A stretch of 64,000 nt of DNA from an uncultured Pseudomonadota bacterium. Its GTDB lineage: Bacteria > Babelota > Babeliae > Babelales > JAUPTZ01. Position 1 is the first letter of the stretch. Every line of letters begins with the position of its first letter. The notes beneath the pieces were generated by a model. It was not told where the DNA came from, did not search any database, and saw only the letters and a list, made by a program, of their open reading frames with translations. The translations under genes were made by a program, and so were the position numbers. Of this stretch, positions 1 through 9,174 are shown piece after piece. Location of the stretch: positions 1-64,000 of the forward strand of contig CAYSBJ010000001.1 of assembly GCA_964429275.1 (NCBI GenBank), read 5' to 3'.

Positions 1-1949
1 CTAAAAACAATGGTAACCGAGGAACCATCACTCGAAACCGAGGCTGCAGCTGAAGACTCCGCTACGGGCACCGCCCGAGATGCGGGTATAGTCGAAACAT
101 TCGCAGCTGGTGCTGAGAGTAGGGCTTGAGCAGAAGAACCTCCCGCTGCTGAAAGATCCACTGGTGTCACCGAGTGCACAGGTTTCTTAAAGATATCCTT
201 TTGTTGAGGCAAATTGCCGGAAGAAGGGACTGCCATTTCTTGAGACATAAGGCTCTTCGAAGCAGACGGTGCAAGCGCTACAGGCACCACCGGAGAGACT
301 GGTCTAGTCACAACATTCGTAGTTGACGCTAAAGATGGTGCAGAAGGTAGAAGATCCTTAAACTCTTTTTCAAGGGATTCTACGAGGGGTTCAATGTGAT
401 CAGATTCATACCCAAGCTCGCGCAAACTTTGTATTTTCTCCTCACGCGTCGCCTCAACTACCGTTTTTTTCTCAGCATCATTTGCAAAAGACCTATTTTT
501 TAATTCTTCAATAGCACGAATTACTTGAAAAACAGCAGCTATGTGAGGAGTCATATCATCACCTTCCCTACGGCTAAACTGCTGACTGAGTTTCGTAGCC
601 ATTTTGTGCACCTGCTGATTACGAGCGGGCTGGCCTTCTGCGCTCGCTGCCATGGCATTTTCCAAGGCAACACGCAACTCCCCCCCCCCTCCTTCTTTAA
701 TTTCAAGCGGCAGTATGCCGTACGTTTCCCCGTAGAGATTATTCCAACGTTTGGATACTTCTTGATAATATTTAAACACCTGAAAGAGGTCTGCACTCAG
801 AGAAATGAATCCGCCTTCGCCGCCCATCTCATGAGCCTTATCAATCAGTCTAGCGAGGGCCTTTTCAGGTGAATCTTCGCGATTCTCTTGAGCAGCAGAA
901 CCTCCTTCTCCTTCCACTCGCTCATCTTTTCTCAACTCTTCTCCTGAAGCAACGCCTGACTCGGAACGGGCTGCCACTTCTTGAGGCGAAGAAACAACCA
1001 CTCCCGCAGCTGCAACTGAAGGCTGCTCTACGGACACCACCGGAGATTCTAATCTAGTCGCAACAACATTCGCAGCTAGTGGTGAGAGCGGGGTTGCTTC
1101 ACCCAAATTTTCATCACTCGTTTGAGAAGTAGAACTTACCACTACTGGACGAACAGCTGGTATCTCAGAAGACACAGGTTTTAATGGCACGAATGAAGGT
1201 GCGCGTCTCTCCACAGTTAGTTCCGAAATTCGGGCTTGAGAAGTAGAACCTCCCGCTGCTGAAGGAACAGCTAATGTCGCAGCGAGCGAAGGTTTTGATG
1301 GCATTTTTGGTTCACTCGCAACGCGCTCTTCTCGAGAAGAGCGGCCATGAGAGGGATCAACCACTTTCGTAGACGCTGCAAGCACGACTGGTGCAGGTTC
1401 CTCTTGCGCTTCTACCACCGGAGATTCAACTTTTTCGCTTTGCGATTCAAACCCTTGGGAATTGTTAACTGGACTATTTATCCGACTACTGAAGTCTGGT
1501 TCTGTCACAGTGCTTAATGCATCACTGTCGCTGTCAGCATCATCGTCTTCGGCGTCAACACTGGGTGGAACTACAAGAGCACCCTGAGGCTTTTCCTCTT
1601 CCTCTGAGTATCCGCGACCGTTTAGCTCCACCACACCAGCAGCAAGAAATGGTAGCAAGCTTGCCCACAGCAAACGCATCGTTGTCCCACGGTTTTCTCG
1701 AGCTAACATCTTCTTAAAATAAGACTTTTTCAACTTACCCTTTGCAAATAAGTCGACCAGATTTAAGGCGCCGATAAGGCCAAGACCGGCAGCGTACCCG
1801 TGGCGATTTTTTTTGAGATGGGTGCTAACTTTGGCAAATGTCGAAGGCTCTGCTGACGTACCAGTGGTATCCGGAATAGATTGAACAATGCCTGTAATAA
1901 GTGATGCCGCTACTACCAGAAAAAGTAAGCGCTGATGCTTGATGTTCAT
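1..1949 (-). CDS. Exported/membrane protein with Ser/Ala/Pro-rich low-complexity repeats and a charged coiled-coil segment; runs off the left edge (partial, >=649 aa)
   Basis: ATG at 1949 with GGGAG upstream. Translates MNIKHQRLLFLVVAASLITGIVQS (signal-like), then two hydrophobic segments. The same frame is open at the window start. It is absent from the ORF track, consistent with no stop inside the window. Confidence 0.8.
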   Translation of the reverse strand, partial: MNIKHQRLLFLVVAASLITGIVQSIPDTTGTSAEPSTFAKVSTHLKKNRHGYAAGLGLIGALNLVDLFAKGKLKKSYFKKMLARENRGTTMRLLWASLLPFLAAGVVELNGRGYSEEEEKPQGALVVPPSVDAEDDDADSDSDALSTVTEPDFSSRINSPVNNSQGFESQSEKVESPVVEAQEEPAPVVLAASTKVVDPSHGRSSREERVASEPKMPSKPSLAATLAVPSAAGGSTSQARISELTVERRAPSFVPLKPVSSEIPAVRPVVVSSTSQTSDENLGEATPLSPLAANVVATRLESPVVSVEQPSVAAAGVVVSSPQEVAARSESGVASGEELRKDERVEGEGGSAAQENREDSPEKALARLIDKAHEMGGEGGFISLSADLFQVFKYYQEVSKRWNNLYGETYGILPLEIKEGGGGELRVALENAMAASAEGQPARNQQVHKMATKLSQQFSRREGDDMTPHIAAVFQVIRAIEELKNRSFANDAEKKTVVEATREEKIQSLRELGYESDHIEPLVESLEKEFKDLLPSAPSLASTTNVVTRPVSPVVPVALAPSASKSLMSQEMAVPSSGNLPQQKDIFKKPVHSVTPVDLSAAGGSSAQALLSAPAANVSTIPASRAVPVAESSAAASVSSDGSSVTIVF

Positions 1950-2099
1950 AAAAGCTCCCATAAAAATTACTGCATAGGCTTTATTCTATACTATTTGGGC
2001 CAAAAAGAACAAGGGATTGGGCAGCACTGGCCTTACCAACGTGATAGTGTCACAACTCTACCAAAATAAAACAACAGGGAGGCCTAGCCCAGGCTCAAC

Positions 2100-3872
2100 T
2101 TAAAACGTAACCCGACAACCGGCGTATACATCGGCTTCTTTTGGCATATTTTGACCAGCAAACGTAAGAGCCGCTCCGGTTCGGATGCTAAGCCAGTCAG
2201 AAAGATGGTACACAACCCCGGCTTTGACCCGGTTGGCAAATTGCTCTGTATTAGCCGCCGCGAGATTGTTATCAAGCGCTATGCTATTATCCACCGTATA
2301 ATCCTGTGTCGTAGAGCTGTACTTCGCGCCAAGCCATGAATCAACGGTGCTTGAGGTAAAACGAACGGTATCTTTCCTCTTCCAATAAAATTGGTAGCCA
2401 ATATAGCCGGTAATGTCAGTTGTTTGTGGATGGCAGAAATGAAGCTCGCCATTTGCTACAACCGAATGCCAACTCACATCAGCCAGCTGAACCGAACCGA
2501 TATTTTTAATCATCGATTCCACTGGCGTCCCACACGTTTTTTCTGTGCGGGCAAGTGCAAAACGATACTCCGCATCAACATGTATCATTAGCCACGAGCG
2601 AGTCTCGGCATTCAAATGAATGCCCGTTCCTATTTCAAAATGGCGTCCATTTCCGGTATGAGACCGGTACGGGTTGCCTGTGTAATTCCCTTCATCCGAG
2701 CCACTACCACATGCGGTTGGCAATCGCAATAAGGCGCTCACGCCCCCCACAATGCGATCACCAAACGAGTGGTCGTAGTAAGCCTCAAGATCAATATCGC
2801 CTAACCCAACTTGGCGTGTCGTTTGAAATATATATCCACGCTCATACAACCACTGATGAGTATTTGCATTGAAACTTGAAATGTAATCTTTAATACCACT
2901 ACTAATACTGCCGGTAGCCGTACCAGATCCATGATAGGCACCGCCGACTTCATGAGTCGAAGTAACCCATACCGTCGCTTTTTTATCCTGATTTGCTACC
3001 CGCGTTGGTGTATTTATCGCAGCAGAATCGGCAAGCCCAGAAAAGCTCCCATTTCCAAAAGCATAAGTAGTTTTTTCATCAAGCCCAGTAAGCGACGCCG
3101 GCAACGCAGGAGCACCAAACGTTGAGGTATACAAAATACCAACTTTCGTCGGGCGTGGAACCATTCCTTCTGGCACATACACTGCTCCGGCGCCGCCATT
3201 ACGTGGATCTTCAGCAAATATATCGATGTATGTATTAGAACCATCAACCGCGGCATAATTTACTCGTGAAGTGGAAAAATCAGTTGTCGGAATTGCTTCA
3301 AGAAAGTCGAGCCGATAGGCAAACCCAACTTGGGTACTTGCCACCTGATTAATTTGAAAGCGAGCAACTTCTTCCGTTTGTGAATCACGACGAGATTCAG
3401 TATCTTTTCGCACCGTATCAATGGCACGTATTGGCGCCTTCACACGAATTCCCCAAGACCCCTTGCCATCAAACACAGTCCGCGAAAGATTCATAGAAAG
3501 ATTCATACCATTTTCATAATACTCAACGCGCGGCTGCATGAGCATAATACGCATAAAGGGATTATAAAATTCGGTGTTGTGCGCAACTAAACAATGCTCA
3601 AATATTTGGCTCATACGAAACGTATCGGCGTTGAAAAAGAGCGTAGACAACTCCCCCGCCTTCAGCCCAAACGAACCAAAAGCGCGATGCGCAGTGCGAC
3701 TATACCAGTCAACATCGCTTGTAATATGCCACTGAGATTTTTCTCTCGGGTCAAAATCCCACCCGCCTTGGCCCACAACAAGCGGTGCACGAAACTCTCT
3801 CGCCAATACACCAAGCGACATACACACCACCAACACACCTGGCATCAGAATGCGTTTTATTTTTCCAATCAC
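2100..3872 (-). CDS. Putative outer-membrane beta-barrel protein (590 aa), last gene of the giant-protein operon
   Basis: GTG start with AAGGAG RBS. Signal peptide, many amphipathic beta-strand-like segments, and C-terminus YAGCRVTF with terminal Phe (BamA beta-signal-like). Paralogous to 49880..51334. Confidence 0.75.
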   Translation of the reverse strand: MIGKIKRILMPGVLVVCMSLGVLAREFRAPLVVGQGGWDFDPREKSQWHITSDVDWYSRTAHRAFGSFGLKAGELSTLFFNADTFRMSQIFEHCLVAHNTEFYNPFMRIMLMQPRVEYYENGMNLSMNLSRTVFDGKGSWGIRVKAPIRAIDTVRKDTESRRDSQTEEVARFQINQVASTQVGFAYRLDFLEAIPTTDFSTSRVNYAAVDGSNTYIDIFAEDPRNGGAGAVYVPEGMVPRPTKVGILYTSTFGAPALPASLTGLDEKTTYAFGNGSFSGLADSAAINTPTRVANQDKKATVWVTSTHEVGGAYHGSGTATGSISSGIKDYISSFNANTHQWLYERGYIFQTTRQVGLGDIDLEAYYDHSFGDRIVGGVSALLRLPTACGSGSDEGNYTGNPYRSHTGNGRHFEIGTGIHLNAETRSWLMIHVDAEYRFALARTEKTCGTPVESMIKNIGSVQLADVSWHSVVANGELHFCHPQTTDITGYIGYQFYWKRKDTVRFTSSTVDSWLGAKYSSTTQDYTVDNSIALDNNLAAANTEQFANRVKAGVVYHLSDWLSIRTGAALTFAGQNMPKEADVYAGCRVTF

Positions 3873-3901
3873 TGCTCTCTCCTTTTCATAACACCAGCCT
3901 C

Positions 3902-6900
3902 TTAGTATCGATTAATGCGATATGTTTCCGGTGCGCCACTTGTCACCCCTCCAGAAGGGCTTGAACCTACAAAATACCCGCTCGCCAATGCTTGCTGAGG
4001 CGACACTACATTCCCAAAATTATCCTTTGCACTGGCAACCGTAGCCCGCACGATAGTTGCTACTGTTGCATCAGATGGATTTGGTACCAAGTAGCTTGTC
4101 AGCACACTGTTACCATTCGGTCCCGCAGGTACATATTTCGCTTTATATCCACCATAAATTGGCATACTTAAATCATTATATAACTCAACCAATGCAGCTC
4201 CTTGTGTATCGGCCGCGCCACTCACTGCCCCGGTCACTGCAGAACTTTGGAAAGTATAGGTTGTCGGCGTTGAAGGACTACTCAGCGTTGGTACCGTTAC
4301 CGTAATTACTTCTTGGCCTGTTGGATTAGTAGGAGAACCAGTTGGCGTGGTGTAGGTATAAATCATGTTGCTTGGGGCAAGGATAGTGTATTTACCACTA
4401 TCATTCGTACCGGTAAGATAGGCAGAATCACTCCAAATATTAAGCGACAATGGCGTATCTTGTGGAATACCCGCATCAACAAAAACTAAATTCCCGCCAC
4501 CGCGAATAAATGACTTTGTCGGATCGCCAAGGACAATAGTGTACTTGCCACCATTCATCGGATCGGTGACATCGGTGGTATTGTAATCAATTGGTCCAAT
4601 AGCAAAGACTGAGCCATATTTAGAAGTGGCCGATCCATCAAAGATTTGATTATGATCGAAGTAACCACTCAACACACGCAACGAAATATTTTTCACGTTC
4701 CACAACGACTGTACTTGCCATGGGTTAAAGGGCCCACTATCAGGATCGGTTGTTGGGTTTGGCGTTGTACCGTTAGGATTTGCAACCTTATTTACAATAC
4801 CAGCACCCAAGCCAAAGAACCCGTTGCGTCCAATACGACACAGTGCATTATCGCCATTCACAATGAGGGAGAAGTTTATATGCGTTTCCTGGGCACCAAC
4901 AACAGTGCGCGCATTTGTACCGTCAAGACCCCCATCAAGGATATTACCAACCTGGAATGAACCACCATTTTTCGACGTATCTCCAATCAGCATCTGGGCA
5001 TCTTGCACAATATTTATTGTTATATCAGTCGTATACGTTTGCGCATCTGACTCTACCCCTACAAGGGCATTGTCGTAAACAGTCATTTTTGACTTGCCAT
5101 CGAGAATAATATGTCCTATCCCCAAGAACTTCACGCGCAAATTATCAAATGACTGAATTGGATTACCAGTAGCCCAGACCCAACGCTCTGCGTCGGTTTG
5201 CAAGTTACTCATAATCACCAACTGGCTGTTATCGATAAACCGTAACGCTGGACCAACATGCGTCACCGCATTCGGAAAACGAATTTTTGCTCCCGGTTCA
5301 AGCACCAATCGCGTTTCGCCACTGAAAACAATTTGCTGGAACGGGGTACCATCAGTCCCAACAGCGCCACGACAAAATGAGCTCAGATCGATTTCACCAT
5401 TGGCAGGAACCCGTATTTCACGGGGAACATCAGAATAAAACACCAATTGATGCGGAGTTGCACCGTTACCAAAATTTTCTGTCGCAATAAGGGGTAATTT
5501 ATCAGTAATCAAAATATCAGAGTTCAAATCAACGACACCATTCCCGTTCGGATAAATTGTCACTTTATCAAGCCCTAGCTGATTCCATGCATTCACCGAA
5601 TTTGCATTCCACGATCTGCTACCAAGCCCAATGCGCGCACCATTATCAAGGAATAACGCACCAAACATTCCTTCACCCAACACTACCGGATCAGAAGTCA
5701 TAGTGACAAATTCTCGTACCCGAGAAAAACCGGTACCATCACCGCTCATGTACAAATGAAATGGTTTAGCACGAGTAGAGCCAAACACCTGTGCCTGATC
5801 AACAGTATCACCACTAGCCATAACCATCATGCCAGAACTTGGCATAGTTACCGGCACCGTCACCGAGTCCGTCGATCGTGTAATAGCGCGACCACTATAC
5901 GGCCAATGACGAGCAGGAGCACGTCGCTCAATTCCTTTAACTGGCTCAAAAGTACTTGGCGTTTCCAGTAAGTTAACATTAACAGCAACAATTGGATTTT
6001 TTCCATATTGATTTACCAAACGAGGGCTCGCATTTGCGATAGGATCAAAACCGCAGGTCTCCACCCGACCATGCGACTGGAATATAAATTGGTCCTCCGG
6101 GATGCTTACAATACCTGCGCCTTCAGGAATTGCACAGGTACGGCGTCCAATAACGGTATCAAGTATCATATCGTGCCCACCACTTGCTGTTATGGTACCG
6201 CCAAAATTAGCATACAAAATGCCGCCAACGTCACGTGCATTACGCGGAATAAGTTCGTTGCCTGCTGGCGAAATAATGCCACTACTATCATAGCGACCTG
6301 CCCCGCTCACATATACATTATCTCCCGCAAACTCAAGAACACCTCCACCATTTGCGTAGGGTAAAAAAGCACTCGAATTCGTAAATGAAGCATCTATAAT
6401 TACTTGCTGCAGGACATCAGACGAAAACTCCCACGGCGCAAAGTTGCTATCAACCTGAACAAACGTATCGCGCTGCGGCGTTTGATACTGCCCTGCAGCC
6501 CATCCAACATTTACCGTCGAGCGATCAGCAATATGTATGGCCTGAATCGCTCGCTCTTCAGCCGGCACGCCGGTCTCAGCAGCAGTCGTAATCGAAAGCT
6601 TTATCACACCCTCAGGATCCGTTTGAGAATTCACCAGCGCTGCTGGCAGTGGATTTTGACGAAACACATCAATAAATGCATCGCGTAACGAACTTTGCGG
6701 GTATATACCATTTTTGGTTACCAGCGGATCAAGCGTAACACCATCTGCCATGGTATTAAGTCGCGACCCAAGTTGAAAATAGCGTCCTAAACCACTTAAC
6801 TCAAGATCATATGCATGACCACGGTTGTACAACGTAATAGAAGAAATGTTATCGCCACTCGCTATCATCTCCTCATCAGACAAGCCTTGTGCTACACCAT

Positions 6901-9094
6901 GATCATAATCAATCAAATTATCTCGCACAACCCAGCGAACACCGGCACTCACAAAACTTTCGTGACACTCTATAGTGCTGTTAATAAGGTAAATAGGTGA
7001 TCCGGTATAATCAAGCACCCAATACGCAGGATCAAAAAACAGCTTGGTTGCAATTATAAGTGACGGTAATTCACCACCAACAACCGCAGGTACTGCATTA
7101 CCTGTACCAATAAAAGAAACATCGCGACCGACATCATTATGAATTAACCTTACGGTATCAAGAGTTACAATATCGTTAACGAGGATTTGACTGTTGTTGT
7201 AACGCGGATAAAGATACCCGTTCAACGGCAACGGCCGAGAAAAATCATTTGCAAGAAGCGTAGAACTTACCTTATACGCAAGCTCGCGACCATCATGTCC
7301 AAGCAGCAATGTTGGTACATTAATATATCCTCCTGCAGCAACTGTTTGATCAAATGTCGCGGTAGATGTAACGGTCACTTGGCCTTCAATATCAATAGCA
7401 ACTTCACCATTGTATGAAATTTCTGGAGCAATAGCCCCATCATCATCAAGCATCAAAACACTAAAGCCATCATACGATGCTTGACCAATGGTGCCGCCAA
7501 GATACTTTCCCGAAAATCCAGCAGAATGCATTCCGTGCGTATCCAGGGTGAGGCCAAGCGCGTGATCGCCTGTAGAACCAGTCAGCAAAGCACCAGAAAC
7601 ATTGTCCGCGGCAACACGCGCTACAATCCCAGCATTGCCGCGCAAAATAATCTGCGCCGTATCAGTTGCATCGTACTCGAAGAAAGGATCTTGTGCCGCG
7701 GTGGTACCTGTTTTACGAAACGCATTGCCATCGATAATGAATGCTGATGGGTTATGCAGTTTTACCTTATCGGGGGCATGCGTACTACCACTTTCAGTGG
7801 CTCCCGTTGGTACATGAACACCATCTTTAGGAAAGTTAGCAGAAGAGGCGTTAGTACGGCATGCAAAATAATCAAGAAATCTATTGTTCTCTATTTCCAG
7901 AGTACCGTTGTTACCAAGTACAAAACCATTTTGTACCGTGTTAGCAACAAACCACTGTGAGCTTATAAGCCCACCAACCAACGTGCTCAAATCCCCTGCA
8001 TACGAAGCTCTTGTTTGATCATAGTTATTTGCAAGGAGTGGATAAGAATTATTGTAGTTTAATACAACCAACCCCCGATTATTAAGCGGGTCATTCAGAT
8101 ACGTATGCAGTGTTGGTATTGTCGTATCTGAATATGCAGCACGCACCAACGCATCACCGATACGCATAGCGGCATTAATACCGGCACGATATTTATAGGT
8201 AACATTGTTACGCATATCGCTCGTCTGTACATCGGTAACACTTACTCCACTTCCCAGCACATAGCTACCGTAGATCATAAAGGCACCATCAGTAAAATCA
8301 ACCGGAGCACTGCCACTGTCAATCTGCAAAATCATACGACCGGTGCCACTATTGGATGGATCAAAAGATACTGACCCATATCCATAGTTAAGAGCATCGG
8401 AAACAAGTCCTGACTTGACCTGAGAAATAAAGGAAAAAGAGCTGTTTTGACCTATTCTAATAATTGAATGAAGAGAAGTATCAAGATTAACACCGTTATC
8501 AACATCAGGATCAAGCGACCAACGGTCAAACGAAAGCTGAGAATCAGCTCTTTGTTCTGTTAAATTTTGCTCCATCAATACGCGCCAGTTAGCACCAGTC
8601 AGTGTAATGTTTTTACCGCACGGTAGGCGAAATTGCACTTTCCCCTTGCCACGAACACCAATATGCATGGGCACTAAGCCATTTGACTGAAAGATAAGAT
8701 CATTCAGCACCTGCACCTCAAGAATCGACCCCTGCTCTATTACATCAAAAACAAGTATCGCTGGAGCCACTTCGGTCGATGTTGGATTAACCCCAGGGCT
8801 AATAGTAACTGAGCCAGAGCCAGTAGTCGCTCCAATCTTTATATAAGCGTGCGCATTAGCCCCCGTAAGCACAATAACGCGATCTCCCGGCGCATCAGAA
8901 GCGCAACCAGTCGGCGGCGCTAGGTGAACAGTTCCGCTCGAAAAAACAAGCGTGTTTCCATTAACCAAATCATAATCAGCAGTAGGATCAAATGTCGCAG
9001 TTCCCGAAAAAGTTAATGGCTCTGCAAAAAGAGATACTCCACACACTATTCCAATACCCACCATCCAAAGACAGTTGCGTAACATTTCCTTCAT
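3902..9094 (-). CDS. Large exported beta-rich protein (~1730 aa): shared module A+B plus a unique ~650-aa C-terminal region
   Basis: The ORF track starts it at GTG 9103, but ATG 9094 has AAGGTGG upstream. Signal peptide ends ...VSLFA-EP. Shares GYGSVSFDPSNSGTGRMIL, GFVLGNNG, VKLHNPSAF, VVGGEL, FQLGS and LRDAFIDV motifs with its neighbours. Confidence 0.85.
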   Translation of the reverse strand: MKEMLRNCLWMVGIGIVCGVSLFAEPLTFSGTATFDPTADYDLVNGNTLVFSSGTVHLAPPTGCASDAPGDRVIVLTGANAHAYIKIGATTGSGSVTISPGVNPTSTEVAPAILVFDVIEQGSILEVQVLNDLIFQSNGLVPMHIGVRGKGKVQFRLPCGKNITLTGANWRVLMEQNLTEQRADSQLSFDRWSLDPDVDNGVNLDTSLHSIIRIGQNSSFSFISQVKSGLVSDALNYGYGSVSFDPSNSGTGRMILQIDSGSAPVDFTDGAFMIYGSYVLGSGVSVTDVQTSDMRNNVTYKYRAGINAAMRIGDALVRAAYSDTTIPTLHTYLNDPLNNRGLVVLNYNNSYPLLANNYDQTRASYAGDLSTLVGGLISSQWFVANTVQNGFVLGNNGTLEIENNRFLDYFACRTNASSANFPKDGVHVPTGATESGSTHAPDKVKLHNPSAFIIDGNAFRKTGTTAAQDPFFEYDATDTAQIILRGNAGIVARVAADNVSGALLTGSTGDHALGLTLDTHGMHSAGFSGKYLGGTIGQASYDGFSVLMLDDDGAIAPEISYNGEVAIDIEGQVTVTSTATFDQTVAAGGYINVPTLLLGHDGRELAYKVSSTLLANDFSRPLPLNGYLYPRYNNSQILVNDIVTLDTVRLIHNDVGRDVSFIGTGNAVPAVVGGELPSLIIATKLFFDPAYWVLDYTGSPIYLINSTIECHESFVSAGVRWVVRDNLIDYDHGVAQGLSDEEMIASGDNISSITLYNRGHAYDLELSGLGRYFQLGSRLNTMADGVTLDPLVTKNGIYPQSSLRDAFIDVFRQNPLPAALVNSQTDPEGVIKLSITTAAETGVPAEERAIQAIHIADRSTVNVGWAAGQYQTPQRDTFVQVDSNFAPWEFSSDVLQQVIIDASFTNSSAFLPYANGGGVLEFAGDNVYVSGAGRYDSSGIISPAGNELIPRNARDVGGILYANFGGTITASGGHDMILDTVIGRRTCAIPEGAGIVSIPEDQFIFQSHGRVETCGFDPIANASPRLVNQYGKNPIVAVNVNLLETPSTFEPVKGIERRAPARHWPYSGRAITRSTDSVTVPVTMPSSGMMVMASGDTVDQAQVFGSTRAKPFHLYMSGDGTGFSRVREFVTMTSDPVVLGEGMFGALFLDNGARIGLGSRSWNANSVNAWNQLGLDKVTIYPNGNGVVDLNSDILITDKLPLIATENFGNGATPHQLVFYSDVPREIRVPANGEIDLSSFCRGAVGTDGTPFQQIVFSGETRLVLEPGAKIRFPNAVTHVGPALRFIDNSQLVIMSNLQTDAERWVWATGNPIQSFDNLRVKFLGIGHIILDGKSKMTVYDNALVGVESDAQTYTTDITINIVQDAQMLIGDTSKNGGSFQVGNILDGGLDGTNARTVVGAQETHINFSLIVNGDNALCRIGRNGFFGLGAGIVNKVANPNGTTPNPTTDPDSGPFNPWQVQSLWNVKNISLRVLSGYFDHNQIFDGSATSKYGSVFAIGPIDYNTTDVTDPMNGGKYTIVLGDPTKSFIRGGGNLVFVDAGIPQDTPLSLNIWSDSAYLTGTNDSGKYTILAPSNMIYTYTTPTGSPTNPTGQEVITVTVPTLSSPSTPTTYTFQSSAVTGAVSGAADTQGAALVELYNDLSMPIYGGYKAKYVPAGPNGNSVLTSYLVPNPSDATVATIVRATVASAKDNFGNVVSPQQALASGYFVGSSPSGGVTSGAPETYRINRY

Positions 9095-9174
9095 ACCGAC
9101 CACCTTTTTTAAAATAAGAAGCAGCTAGCATGATAATCGAGACAAACGCAAGGGTGTCAATGAAACCGCAATTT

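Noticed and set aside
525..1717. Track ORFs at 525-872, 551-796, 869-1057 and 1517-1717
   Set aside because: All overlap the longer minus-strand ORF starting at 1949, which has an RBS and a signal peptide.
2060..2099. Intrinsic terminator after the barrel gene
   Set aside because: Only a short imperfect stem (GCCT...AGGC) precedes the U-rich run, too weak to call.
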